35,943 bases of DNA. Source: Gemmatimonadota bacterium (GTDB lineage: Bacteria; Gemmatimonadota; Gemmatimonadetes; Gemmatimonadales; Gemmatimonadaceae). The stretch lies in contig JAYTNC010000185.1 of NCBI GenBank assembly GCA_043748515.1, positions 1-35,943 on the forward strand, read 5' to 3'. Below, piece by piece: positions 1 to 10,810 of the stretch (positions are counted from its first letter, which is position 1; every line of letters starts with the position of its first letter). The translations under genes and the position numbers were made by a program. The notes beneath the pieces were generated by a model. The model did no database searches. It had not been told where the DNA came from and saw only the letters and a list, made by a program, of their open reading frames with translations.

Positions 1-558
1 TATCAGGTGAGCTCGCTCGAACGCGACGGCGATGGATGGGTGTACCGCGAACGCTCGCAACTCGCGACGGTGATCCAGCAGACGACCGAGGTGCGATTCG
101 GCGCCGACCTCGCGATGCGCGCAGTGACGCAGTCGGGCCGCTACCAGGGCGCGGAGCTCAAGCTGGACGTGCGCTACGCCAACGGTCGCGTGCGCGGTGA
201 GGGCGTGACGCCGGGAGCGGCGGGGATGCAGCCGGTCAACTACACGGACGTCGAAGTGCCGGCCGGCACGATCGACGACAACGCGGTGCAGGGCCTGTTG
301 CCGTACTTCAAGTGGGCGCCGGGCGTGACGGTGAACATCTCGGTGTTCGCGTCGGGGAAGGGCGTGGTGGGTGTGAGCACGTATCAGGTGATGGGGGAGG
401 AGACGATCACCATCCCGATGGGCACGGTGGAGACGTATCGCGTGTCGTTCACCGGCGGCGAAGCGCCGGGGACGTTCTGGATCGAGAAGGCGCCGGCGCA
501 CCGGGTGATGAAGTTCGGGCCGGTGGGGCAGCCGGTTGAGTTCGCGCGGGTGCGCTGA
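1..558 (+). CDS. 5'-truncated hypothetical protein, C-terminal beta-rich DUF3108-like domain
   Basis: Frame is open from base 1 to TGA at 556-558 with typical GC3-rich codons. The end (ETITIPMGTVETYRV...FWIEKAPAHRVMK) resembles the 'E.I.VPAG.F....' signature of DUF3108-like folds. Family call is from recall only. Confidence 0.6.
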   Translation, partial: YQVSSLERDGDGWVYRERSQLATVIQQTTEVRFGADLAMRAVTQSGRYQGAELKLDVRYANGRVRGEGVTPGAAGMQPVNYTDVEVPAGTIDDNAVQGLLPYFKWAPGVTVNISVFASGKGVVGVSTYQVMGEETITIPMGTVETYRVSFTGGEAPGTFWIEKAPAHRVMKFGPVGQPVEFARVR

Positions 559-566
559 ACTCTTGG

Positions 567-709
567 TGAAGGCTGAAGGATGAAGGATGAAGGATGGAAG
601 ATGAGAGCAAAGAGAACGGCGGGCCGCGAGTGATCGCAGCCCGCCGTTCTTCTTTCTTCTTTCTTCTTTCATCCTTCATCCTTCATCCTTCATCCTTCAG
701 CCTACATCC
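567..709. repeat. Heptamer-armed inverted repeat: (TGAAGGA)n - GC hairpin - (TCCTTCA)n, between convergent genes
   Basis: Left arm tgaaggc-tgaagga-tgaagga-tgaagga-tggaaga from 567. Core stem AGAACGGCGGGC (613-624) / GCCCGCCGTTCT (639-650). Right arm of tctttct/tccttca-type units runs to 709. Confidence 0.9.
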
Positions 710-3316
710 TTACTTCGGCTCCAGCACCTGCTTGATCTGGAACCGCGCCTCCGCGATGTGCGCGCGGGTCATGGCATCCGCCGCCTTGCCCTGCGCCGTG
801 GCGAGCTGGGCGTCGAGCGTGCGCAACTCCTGACGGAGCATCGCCTTCACGTCGGTGCTGCCACGCGCGCCGGTCGTGAAGAACTGGCCGGTCTGCGCGC
901 TGCTGGAGATGCGCGGCGTGGTCGCGGCCGGAGCGGCGATGCGGGCCGCCACGAGTTCGACGTAGCTGCGCTGCAGGCCGCGGCGGTACGCGTCCACGCG
1001 TACCGAGCCTGCGCCGAGCTCGCTCCAGATGCCGGAGCGGATGTCGGTGAGGTACTCGCCGAGCGAGTAGGTGTTCGACGCGCCCGGCAGCGCCTCGTAC
1101 TCGACCAGACGCGCGAGACGGTCCTCGGTCATGAGCGAGCCGAGGATGCCGCGCTGGCCGTTGTTGATGCGAGCGAGCGCGCCATCGGGCTCGAGTCGGC
1201 GGAGGATCGCCGGATCGAGCAGCCAGGTCGGCGTCTTGAAGAGATTGTCCTGCAGGAAGCGCACGGCCGCCTTCTGACGATCACGAGGCGCCGGCGTGAA
1301 GCGCGCGCCCGGCTGCGAGCCGTACTTCTCCTGACCCGTCGACGAGCCCGGGATGGCGGCGACGTGCCGGAGCTCGGTGAGGAACTGCCCGAAGATGCGG
1401 TTGTAGCCTTCCTTCATGTACGAGACATCCTCGGTCGACTGCGTCGTGGCCGGCGCGAGCATCGGGACCAGGCGCTTCAGGTTGCGAAGGCCGAGTTCGG
1501 TGCTCTTCACGGCGTCCTCGTCGCCGACGGCCTCGGAGTACGAGGTCGCGGGGATCGCGCCGAAGTCGTCGGGGATGCCGTAGCGGTACCAGGGCGTCGT
1601 GTCCTGCTCCCGCGCGATCGCGTCGAGCGCGGCGCGCTCGTCATCGGGCGTGCGCGCGCCGGGGATCGGAGCATAGCCCCATCGGATGGCGTACTTGTCA
1701 TACACGCCGACCTTCGGGATCAGGTCGCCGAGCGCGATGTTGTCCTCGGGCTGCGCGACATAGTTGAAGCGCGCATAGTCCATGATCGTCGGTGAGTGGC
1801 CCATCTTCGCGACCCAGGTGCGCGAGCGCACCGAGTCGGCCGGGTACTGGCTCGACGCGTACTGGTTGTGCGGCAGGCCGAGCGTGTGACCCACCTCGTG
1901 CGCCACGACGAACTGCACGAGACGGCCCTGGAGCGAATCGGGCAGCGGGAGCCGCGCGGCGCGCGGATCGAGCGGGCCCACCTGCGTCCAGTACCACCAC
2001 GTCTGCAGGTTCATGATGTTGTGGTACATGTTCACGTCGGCGTTGAGGATCTCGCCGGTGCGCGGATCGGCGTTGTGCGGGCCGTTCGCGTTCTCGATCG
2101 TCGACGGCAGCCAGCGGATGCTCGAGTAGCGCGCGTCCTCGGGCGACCACTCGGGATCCTCCTGCTTGCTCGGCGCTTCCTTCGCGATGATCGCGTTGCG
2201 GAAGCCCGCGGCCTCGAACGCCACCTGCCACTCCTCGACGCCCGCCTTCACCCACGGCACGAGCCAGCTCGGCGTGGCCGGATCGATGTAGTAGACGATC
2301 GGCTTCACCGGCTCGGAGATCGCCGCGTTCGGATCCTTCTTCTCCAAACGGTAGCGCGCGATGAAGTTGCGCTGCTGCGCGCGCTGCTCGGGACGGCTGA
2401 AGTCGAAGGTGCTGTGGTAGAAGTAGCCGACGCGCGAATCGCGGAGCCGCGGCATCATCGGCCGTTCCGGGAGCTTCACCATCGACCAGTGCACGACGAA
2501 CGACTTGGTCACCGGCGGCGTGCCGGGGGCCGGCTGCTGCGGCGGCAGGCCCGGGATGAACGACTGCGGCGTCGGCTGCGCGTTCACCGTGATCGTCGCT
2601 TCGGTCTCGACGTTCGTCGGGTACGCCGCGACGCGCTCGATGAAGCTGCGCGTCGCGTCGATCGTGCCGCGCACTCCACCGAGGATGCTGATCTCGCTCG
2701 GCGGCGAGGTGTAGAGGCGCGAGACCTCGATCACCGCAGCCGAGTCGGGGCCATAGGCCGCGACGCTGAACGCGGCGAGGATCGCGTCGTAGTTGGAGTT
2801 CTGCACCGCCTGCGCGATCGGCGTCGACGGATCGGCGACGATCGAGTACGAGACGCTGCGGAAGAGCACGCGGTTGCCGCGGCGTTCCCAGCGGACGACG
2901 CGCTCGTCGAGCGCTGCTCCGCCGTAGCCGTCACCTTCGTTGGTCTTCGCGATCTGCGTGACCAGCAGCATGTCCTTGCCGAGTTCGCCGGCGGGGATCT
3001 CGTAGTAGAGCGAGCTCCCGATCATGTGCGTCTTGAAGAGGCCGGACTTGGTCGTGACCGCGCCGCGGATGACCTGCGCGTACGGCCGGGGAGCGGGATC
3101 GGCGCCGGGCGCGGCGCCGGGGCCACCCTGTGTTCCGGCCGGTCCGCCAGCGGGAGCCTGACCGCCACCCGGAGCTGGCGCGGGCGTGGAGGGCGTCGCC
3201 GCGGCCGCGGCGGGCGCGGGCGTCGGCGTGGGGGTCGTGGACGGGGTCGGTGGCTGGCACGCGAGGGCCAGGACCGCGACGCCGGCCGCGATCGCGAACG
3301 GACGGGTGTGATTCAT
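710..3316 (-). CDS. Lipoprotein zinc-dependent metalloprotease (metzincin; DUF5117/DUF5118/DUF4953-type)
   Basis: 868 aa. Lipobox-like LALAC after a hydrophobic signal, then a Pro/Ala/Thr linker. Zinc motif HEVGHTLGLPH and Met-turn (TIMDY). Confidence 0.9.
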   Translation of the reverse strand: MNHTRPFAIAAGVAVLALACQPPTPSTTPTPTPAPAAAAATPSTPAPAPGGGQAPAGGPAGTQGGPGAAPGADPAPRPYAQVIRGAVTTKSGLFKTHMIGSSLYYEIPAGELGKDMLLVTQIAKTNEGDGYGGAALDERVVRWERRGNRVLFRSVSYSIVADPSTPIAQAVQNSNYDAILAAFSVAAYGPDSAAVIEVSRLYTSPPSEISILGGVRGTIDATRSFIERVAAYPTNVETEATITVNAQPTPQSFIPGLPPQQPAPGTPPVTKSFVVHWSMVKLPERPMMPRLRDSRVGYFYHSTFDFSRPEQRAQQRNFIARYRLEKKDPNAAISEPVKPIVYYIDPATPSWLVPWVKAGVEEWQVAFEAAGFRNAIIAKEAPSKQEDPEWSPEDARYSSIRWLPSTIENANGPHNADPRTGEILNADVNMYHNIMNLQTWWYWTQVGPLDPRAARLPLPDSLQGRLVQFVVAHEVGHTLGLPHNQYASSQYPADSVRSRTWVAKMGHSPTIMDYARFNYVAQPEDNIALGDLIPKVGVYDKYAIRWGYAPIPGARTPDDERAALDAIAREQDTTPWYRYGIPDDFGAIPATSYSEAVGDEDAVKSTELGLRNLKRLVPMLAPATTQSTEDVSYMKEGYNRIFGQFLTELRHVAAIPGSSTGQEKYGSQPGARFTPAPRDRQKAAVRFLQDNLFKTPTWLLDPAILRRLEPDGALARINNGQRGILGSLMTEDRLARLVEYEALPGASNTYSLGEYLTDIRSGIWSELGAGSVRVDAYRRGLQRSYVELVAARIAAPAATTPRISSSAQTGQFFTTGARGSTDVKAMLRQELRTLDAQLATAQGKAADAMTRAHIAEARFQIKQVLEPK

Positions 3317-3402
3317 CTGTCAGATGGGTTGAGGAACTGAGGCACTGCGTCGGCGGGGGCGACCGACCAAAGATGGGCGGCGCCTCGCCGCCTCGCCACG
3401 TC

Positions 3403-4653
3403 CTACGTGCGCGGTCCAGCTCCCGTTCGGATGGCCTCGGCGCCGAACCGCTCGCGCACCCGGTCGACCGCGCGCGAGACCGCACGGTCCTGTGGACGCT
3501 CGGGGGTGGCCGCCGCCTCGGCGCCGCGGCGCGCACCGACGGCCGCCCCCGTGCCGAAGAGCCCCAGCTGCTCCGCGTCGCGCGCCGGCATGAGGTTGCC
3601 GAGCGCGACCCCGACGAGTCGCGCCGGCGTCATCCGCGCGGCGCGCAACTTGGCGAGCAACGCCACCGCGATCTCGGCTACCGCGCGGTCGCTCTCGATC
3701 GGCTCGGGCACCGTGCGGCTCGCGAGTCGCGTGGTGAAGTCGGTGTCCTTGATCTTCACGGTGACCGTGCGCGCACCGAGTTTGTCGCCGCGCAGGTCGG
3801 CCGCGACCTTCGCAGAGAGCGCGCGCAGTACCCCAGCGATCGCCGGCGTGTCCTTGATGTCGCGGTCGAAGGTCGACTCTCTGCTGATCTGCTTCGCCGG
3901 GGTGCGCGCCTCCACCGGGGTGGTGTGGATCCCGCGCACGCGCGCCCAGAGCCACTCCGCGGGGCGCCGCCCCAGCCAGTGCGCGAGCGTGGCGCGTTCG
4001 TGCGGCAGCACGTCGACCACGCGCACGAGACCGAGCGCCCGGAGCTTCACCTGCAGCTTGGGGCCGATCCCCGGCAACTCGGCGAGCTCGAACTCCTTCA
4101 TGAACTCGGCCTCGCCGCCGTTCCCGATCACGCGCACGCCGGTCGCGCCGGTGCCCGGGCGCGGCTTTGCCCTTTCGGCGGCGAGCTTCGCGATGAGCTT
4201 CGAACTGCCGCCGCCGATCGAGATCCACATCCCGGTCTCGCGGTGCACCGTCTCACGGATGCGCCGCGCCGTCGCGTCGAGCGTCTCGCCGGCGTGGAGC
4301 GCCTCGGTGCCGGTGAGGTCGAGATACCATTCGTCGATGCTCGCGCCCTCGACAAGTGGCGTGTAGAGCGCGAGCACGGCGGCGATCGCCTTGGAGGTCG
4401 CGCCACAGGCCTGTCGGGGCACCGGCACGCAGAGCGCGTCGGGGCAGAGGCGGAGCGCCTGCGAGATCGGCATCGCCGAGCGGACGCCGAAGACGCGCGT
4501 CTCGTACGAGGCTGAACAGACGACGCCACGCGAGCCCGGCCGTCCGCCGACGATCAGCAGCGGTGACTTGCCCGCGCCCGCTGGATCCGCCATGCGCGCC
4601 ACCGCGACGAAGAAGGCGTCGGCGTCGGCGTGGAGGATGCGGCGTGCGGTCAT
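3403..4653 (-). CDS. dinB: DNA polymerase IV (Y family)
   Basis: N-terminal ILHADADAFF, RGVV..ASYE.R.FGVRSAMP, catalytic SIDE, HhH LPGIGPK, and beta-clamp motif QLGLF near the C-terminus. Confidence 0.95.
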   Translation of the reverse strand: MTARRILHADADAFFVAVARMADPAGAGKSPLLIVGGRPGSRGVVCSASYETRVFGVRSAMPISQALRLCPDALCVPVPRQACGATSKAIAAVLALYTPLVEGASIDEWYLDLTGTEALHAGETLDATARRIRETVHRETGMWISIGGGSSKLIAKLAAERAKPRPGTGATGVRVIGNGGEAEFMKEFELAELPGIGPKLQVKLRALGLVRVVDVLPHERATLAHWLGRRPAEWLWARVRGIHTTPVEARTPAKQISRESTFDRDIKDTPAIAGVLRALSAKVAADLRGDKLGARTVTVKIKDTDFTTRLASRTVPEPIESDRAVAEIAVALLAKLRAARMTPARLVGVALGNLMPARDAEQLGLFGTGAAVGARRGAEAAATPERPQDRAVSRAVDRVRERFGAEAIRTGAGPRT

Positions 4654-4769
4654 GGGGCAAATGTTATCGCACGATCCGGACGGCGGCGAGCGTGGGGCGG
4701 GCGTGGGGCGAGCGAGCGGAGGACCGTGCCGTCTGGTCCTGCGGGGCGCGCGTCTATTAATTCGGCCTC

Positions 4770-6815
<2,046 letters not shown>

Positions 6816-6869
6816 AGTGTGCGCGGCGAGGCACCACGCTTCGCTGGACGGGGCGGTCCGTTCGAGAGG

Positions 6870-6875
6870 TATATT
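6870..6875 (+). promoter_or_regulatory. Putative -10 element for the hppD operon
   Basis: TATATT is an AT-rich island in GC-rich intergenic DNA about 85 nt upstream of the hppD ATG. No strong -35 at canonical spacing. Confidence 0.4.
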
Positions 6876-6906
6876 CCCCACATCCGGGCCCCGCACCGCA
6901 TTGACT

Positions 6907-6948
6907 GCCTTCAGCTTTCAGCCTTCATCCTTCAGCCTTCATCCTTCA
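6907..6948 (+). repeat. Six tandem heptamers (G/T)CCTTCA upstream of hppD
   Basis: gccttca-gctttca-gccttca-tccttca-gccttca-tccttca, ending 10 nt before ATG 6959. Same unit as the arrays at 567-709, 20047-20140 and 30556-30597. Confidence 0.9.
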
Positions 6949-6958
6949 TCACGACGCC

Positions 6959-8074
6959 ATGGCCGCCCCGCAGAAGGAAACCCCGCACGACACCTTTCCG
7001 ATCAACGGCACCGACTACATCGAGTTCTGGGTCGGCAACGCCAAACAGTCGGCGCTCTTCTATCGTGCGGCCTTCGGCTTCCAGCTGACCGGCTACCGCG
7101 GCCCCGAGACCGGGGTGCGCGACCGCGCCACCTACCTGCTCGAGCAGGGCAAGATCCGCATCCTGCTCACGACGCCCATGGGCCCCGAGGGCGAGACGGC
7201 GGCGCACATCGCCACGCATGGCGACGGCGTGCGCGACATGGCCTTCTGGGTCGACGACGCGCGCGACGCCTACGCCAAGGCGATCGAGCGCGGCGCGGTG
7301 TCGGTGCAGGAGCCCACGGTCATGCAGGACGAGCAGGGCGAGATCATCATCGCCGGCATCCGCACCTACGGCGACACCATCCATTCGATCGTCGAGCGCC
7401 GGAACTACCGCGGCTTCTTCATGCCGGGCTTTCGCGCAGTCGAGTCGCCCTGCATGCCCGCGCCGGTCGGCCTCAAGTACGTCGACCACTGCGTCGGCAA
7501 CGTCGAACTCGGCAAGATGAACCACTGGGTCGACTTCTACTCCAAGGTCCTCGGCTTCTACAATCTGCTCTCGTTCGACGACAAGACGATCAGCACCGAG
7601 TACTCGGCGCTCATGTCGAAGGTGATGAGCAACGGGAACGGCCGCATCAAGTTCCCGATCAACGAGCCGGCGAAGGGCAAGAAGAAGTCGCAGATCGAGG
7701 AGTACCTCGACTTCTACCGCGGACCCGGCGTGCAGCACATCGCCGTCGCGACCGACGACATCATCACGACCGTCCGCGCGCTCAAGTCGCGCGGCATCGA
7801 GTTCCTGTCGATCCCCACGTCGTACTACGAGACGGTGCTCGACCGCGTCGGCAAGATCGACGAGGACATCGCGCCGCTCGCCGAACTCGGCATCCTCGTG
7901 GACCGCGACGACGAGGGCTACCTGCTGCAGATCTTCACCAAGCCGGTGCAGGACCGCCCGACGCTCTTCTTCGAGATCATCCAGCGGAAGGGCGCGAAGA
8001 GCTTCGGCGCCGGCAACTTCAAGGCGCTCTTCGAGAGCATCGAGCGGGAACAGGCGCTGCGGGGGAATCTCTGA
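6959..8074 (+). CDS. hppD: 4-hydroxyphenylpyruvate dioxygenase
   Basis: 371 aa. DHCVGNV, GVQHIA and FFEIIQRKG..SFGAGNFKALFESIEREQ provide the His/His/Glu iron ligands. Confidence 0.97.
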   Translation: MAAPQKETPHDTFPINGTDYIEFWVGNAKQSALFYRAAFGFQLTGYRGPETGVRDRATYLLEQGKIRILLTTPMGPEGETAAHIATHGDGVRDMAFWVDDARDAYAKAIERGAVSVQEPTVMQDEQGEIIIAGIRTYGDTIHSIVERRNYRGFFMPGFRAVESPCMPAPVGLKYVDHCVGNVELGKMNHWVDFYSKVLGFYNLLSFDDKTISTEYSALMSKVMSNGNGRIKFPINEPAKGKKKSQIEEYLDFYRGPGVQHIAVATDDIITTVRALKSRGIEFLSIPTSYYETVLDRVGKIDEDIAPLAELGILVDRDDEGYLLQIFTKPVQDRPTLFFEIIQRKGAKSFGAGNFKALFESIEREQALRGNL

Positions 8075-8652
8075 TGCCGGTGAAGCCGAAGGTGAAGCCG
8101 AAGGTGAAGAAGAAGTCGGCGAAGACGGTGGCGAAGAGGGCGACGAAGACGGCGATGTCGAAGCGCGCCGTCGGTGCCGCTGCGGCCAAGCCCCGGCCTC
8201 GCAAGGCGTACGCCGCGAAGCTCAAGACCGTCGCGTCCGATGTCAGCGTCTCGAAGTTCCTCAACAGCATCGCCGACGCACAGCAGCGCGGCGACGCGCT
8301 CGTGCTCGAGGGGATCTTCGCGAAGGCCACGCGGAAGCCGCCACGGATGTGGGGCAGCGCCATCGTCGGATACGGCGACTACAGCTACGTCGGACGGTCC
8401 GGGCGTTCGGGAGACTGGTTCCTCGGCGGCTTCTCGCCACGGAAGGGCACGCTCACGCTCTACATGCTCGGCGGATGGGCGCACGACAAGGCGATTCTCG
8501 CGAAGCTCGGCCCGCACAAGCTCGGCGGCGGCTGTCTCTACCTGAAGCGACTCGCCGACGTGGACATGAAGACGCTCAAGGCGCTCGTGGCGAGCGCGCT
8601 CAAGCGCGCCAAGGCGATCGCACCGACGATGACGAACCAGGGAGCCGACTGA
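8074..8652 (+). CDS. DUF1801 (YdhG-like) domain protein with Lys/Ala-rich N-terminal tail
   Basis: ATG overlaps the hppD stop (TGATG) and its own stop overlaps the hmgA ATG. MWGSAIVGYG.Y.Y...SGRSGDWF..GFSPRK..LTLY and LG.HK.G.GCLYLKRL.DVD are DUF1801-type motifs. The ORF-track start at 6754 is a spurious extension. Confidence 0.85.
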   Translation: MPVKPKVKPKVKKKSAKTVAKRATKTAMSKRAVGAAAAKPRPRKAYAAKLKTVASDVSVSKFLNSIADAQQRGDALVLEGIFAKATRKPPRMWGSAIVGYGDYSYVGRSGRSGDWFLGGFSPRKGTLTLYMLGGWAHDKAILAKLGPHKLGGGCLYLKRLADVDMKTLKALVASALKRAKAIAPTMTNQGAD

Positions 8653-9833
8653 TGCCGTTCTATCACACACTCGGCCAGATCCCGCGCAAGCGGCACATCG
8701 TCTTCCGCAAGCCGGACGGCGGGCTGTACAACGAACAGCTCGTCGGGATCGAGGGCTTCACCGGCCCCTCCGCGCTGCTCTATCACCTACATCCCCCGAC
8801 GACGGTGAAGTCGGCGCGCCGACTCGCCGAGACGCCGTACGTGGAGGACACCGACCGCGCGCTGCGGCACCGCCACTTCCGCACCGCGCCGATCGCGCGC
8901 GGCGGCAGCCCGACGCTCGACCGCATCCCGATGCTGTTCAACAACGACATCGCGATGCTCTACGTCGCGCCCGACAAGCAGGACGAGCATTTCTATCGCA
9001 ACGCGCAGGGCGACGAGGTCGTGTATGTCGCCGAGGGCGAGGGCACGCTCGAGACGCAGTACGGCGACCTGCCGATCAGGCCGGGCGACTATCTGGTGAT
9101 CCACCGCCACATCCTGCATCGCTACCGGTTCACGAAGCCGGCCAAGTTGCTCGTGATGGAGAGTCGCGGGCATGTGCGGCCGCCGTCGCGCTACCTGAAC
9201 AACGTCGGGCAGCTCGTGGAGGGCGCGCCGTACAGCGAGCGCGACCTCCGCGTGCCGCGCGAGTTGCGCACGCACGACGAGAAGGGCGACTTCCCGATCG
9301 TCATCAAGCAGTACAACGGCCTCAACGAGATCGTGCTCGACCATCATCCGCTCGACGTGATCGGGTGGGACGGGCAGTTCTATCCGTGGGCGTTCAACAT
9401 CCACGACTTCGAACCGATCGTCGGCAAGGTCCATCAGCCGCCGCCGGTGCATCAGACGTTCCAGGGCGACGGCTTCGTGATCTGCTCGTTCTGCCCCCGG
9501 CCGTACGACTTCCACCCCGAAGCGATCCCGGCGCCATACAACCACAGCAACGTCGACTCCGACGAGGTGCTCTTCTACGCCTCGAGCGAGTTCATGAGCC
9601 GGAAGGGGATCGAGTACGGCAGCATCACGCATCACCCCGACGGCATCCCGCACGGTCCGCACCCGGGCCGCTACGAGAGCAGCATCGGCATGACGCACAC
9701 CAATGAGCTCGCGGTGATGATGGATTCGTTCCGTCCGCTCAAGGTGGCGAAGGCGATCCTGCCGTTCGAGGACGCGAAGTACATGTATTCGTGGCTCGAG
9801 GCAGGGCAGGGGTTCTCGCCACCGACGTCCTGA
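8652..9833 (+). CDS. hmgA: Homogentisate 1,2-dioxygenase
   Basis: Starts MPFYHTLGQIPRKRHIVFR (TGATG overlap). HPLDVIGWDG, HQPPPVHQTF, PYNHSNVDSDEVLFY and HPDGIPHGPHPG supply the iron ligands. Confidence 0.95.
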   Translation: MPFYHTLGQIPRKRHIVFRKPDGGLYNEQLVGIEGFTGPSALLYHLHPPTTVKSARRLAETPYVEDTDRALRHRHFRTAPIARGGSPTLDRIPMLFNNDIAMLYVAPDKQDEHFYRNAQGDEVVYVAEGEGTLETQYGDLPIRPGDYLVIHRHILHRYRFTKPAKLLVMESRGHVRPPSRYLNNVGQLVEGAPYSERDLRVPRELRTHDEKGDFPIVIKQYNGLNEIVLDHHPLDVIGWDGQFYPWAFNIHDFEPIVGKVHQPPPVHQTFQGDGFVICSFCPRPYDFHPEAIPAPYNHSNVDSDEVLFYASSEFMSRKGIEYGSITHHPDGIPHGPHPGRYESSIGMTHTNELAVMMDSFRPLKVAKAILPFEDAKYMYSWLEAGQGFSPPTS

Positions 9834-10492
9834 TGCGCATCACGCTCGCCGATCTCTCCCCGTCCGAGCGCCACGGCTGGCTCACGCCGCTGATCGTGCC
9901 GCGTCCGATCGCGCTGGTGAGCACGCTGAGCGCGGCGGGCATCGGCAACCTCGCACCCTTCAGCTTCTTCGCGATGGGCGGACAGAATCCGCAGTCGATC
10001 GCGTTCTGCCCCGTCGCCGACCGCGACGGCAACCCGAAGGACACGCTGCGCAACGTGATGGAGACGGGCGAGTTCGTCATCAACGTCGTCTCGCGGCCGA
10101 TGATCGAGCGCGTGAATCAGGCGTCGGCGCCGTATCCGTACGAGGTCGACGAGTTCGATGCGGCCGGCTTCACGCGGGTGCCCTCGACCGTCGTCGCGCC
10201 GCCCCGCGTGGGCGAGAGCATGGCACAGATGGAGTGCAAGGTCTTCCAGGTCGTTCCGCACGGCACCGGACCGCAGCACAGCACGTGGGTGATCGGCGAA
10301 GTGCTCGTGCTGCATGTGGACGACGCGCTCATCGCCGAGGACGGGCTGCCCGACACGACGCGGCTGCACCCGGCGGCGCGCCTGGGGCGGCAGGAGTGGG
10401 CATACGTGACGGCGCAGAACATGCTGATCCTCCCGCGGCCGACGACGGTCCCTGGCGGGAAGCCCGCACCGAGGCGCACGCTCGGGCTCTGA
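9833..10492 (+). CDS. Flavin reductase-like (split-barrel FMN-binding) protein
   Basis: ATG at 9833 overlaps the hmgA stop. Motifs IVPRPIALVST, NLAPFSFF, KDTLRN..ETGEFVINVV and PPRVGES..QMECK. Confidence 0.9.
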   Translation: MRITLADLSPSERHGWLTPLIVPRPIALVSTLSAAGIGNLAPFSFFAMGGQNPQSIAFCPVADRDGNPKDTLRNVMETGEFVINVVSRPMIERVNQASAPYPYEVDEFDAAGFTRVPSTVVAPPRVGESMAQMECKVFQVVPHGTGPQHSTWVIGEVLVLHVDDALIAEDGLPDTTRLHPAARLGRQEWAYVTAQNMLILPRPTTVPGGKPAPRRTLGL

Positions 10493-10537
10493 TCGCGCTT
10501 GTGCTGTCGCTCAGCGCACCATCGATCCGGACGCACT

Positions 10538-10570
10538 GAGGGCCGGAGCTTTTCTAAGGCTCCGGCCCTC
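10538..10570. terminator. Strong hairpin, terminator-like (no U-tract)
   Basis: GAGGGCCGGAGC-ttttctaag-GCTCCGGCCCTC, a perfect 12-bp stem 45 nt after the operon's last stop codon. Confidence 0.6.
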
Positions 10571-10573
10571 GTT

Positions 10574-10810
10574 GCGCCGTCCCCGGAGGATCTTGGCGGC
10601 TATGCCGGGGGAGCGCGAAGGCTCCCGGTTTCCGGGTCGGTGTCGGCTCGGGTGCGTCGTGATGCCACCCGACCGTGCGCCCCGCACAGCGGCGGGATGT
10701 GGGCAGCGGGTCCACGCACGCTCAGCCTTGGCGCTTGGCTCTCCCCTGGAGGAGAGGATCGGGACCAGGTGCCCGAACCGCTTGAGGCATCGCGGAGGCG
10801 TCGCCCTCGC
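10574..10810 (-). ncRNA. Candidate structured non-coding RNA of unknown family (strand tentative)
   Basis: No credible CDS. The ends are complementary (10574-10585/10793-10804 and 10596-10601/10776-10781) and enclose at least six short stems. Two adjacent hairpin loops are complementary. A promoter-like sequence on the minus strand lies at 10820-10850 and the 10538-10570 hairpin would be its 3' end. Confidence 0.45.

Noticed and set aside
449-833. ORFs 449..679(-) and 594..833(+) with ILHPSSF-type peptides, and similar ORFs at 19861-20124, 24845-25156 and 29289-30373 (TTEAQRTQR / LCVLCASVV)
   Set aside because: They are translations of the non-coding heptamer and CACAGAGG repeats and overlap real genes.
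3317-4769. SOS/LexA box or mutagenesis cassette around dinB
   Set aside because: No convincing palindromic operator upstream of dinB, and no imuA/imuB/dnaE2 or lexA neighbours.
10574-10810. Assignment of the structured element to 6S RNA, TPP or cobalamin riboswitch, 5S rRNA or SRP RNA
   Set aside because: Only fragments resemble them: GGCATCGCGGAG is like the 6S closing stem, minus-strand GGGGAGAGCC...GGCTGAG...GACCC is like the TPP 5' half, and TTGGCGGCTAT is like the 5S start. The TPP 3' half, the SRP GGAAGGAAGCAG loop, the cobalamin B12 box and a simple 6S rod are absent. A divergent 6S cannot be excluded without cmscan.
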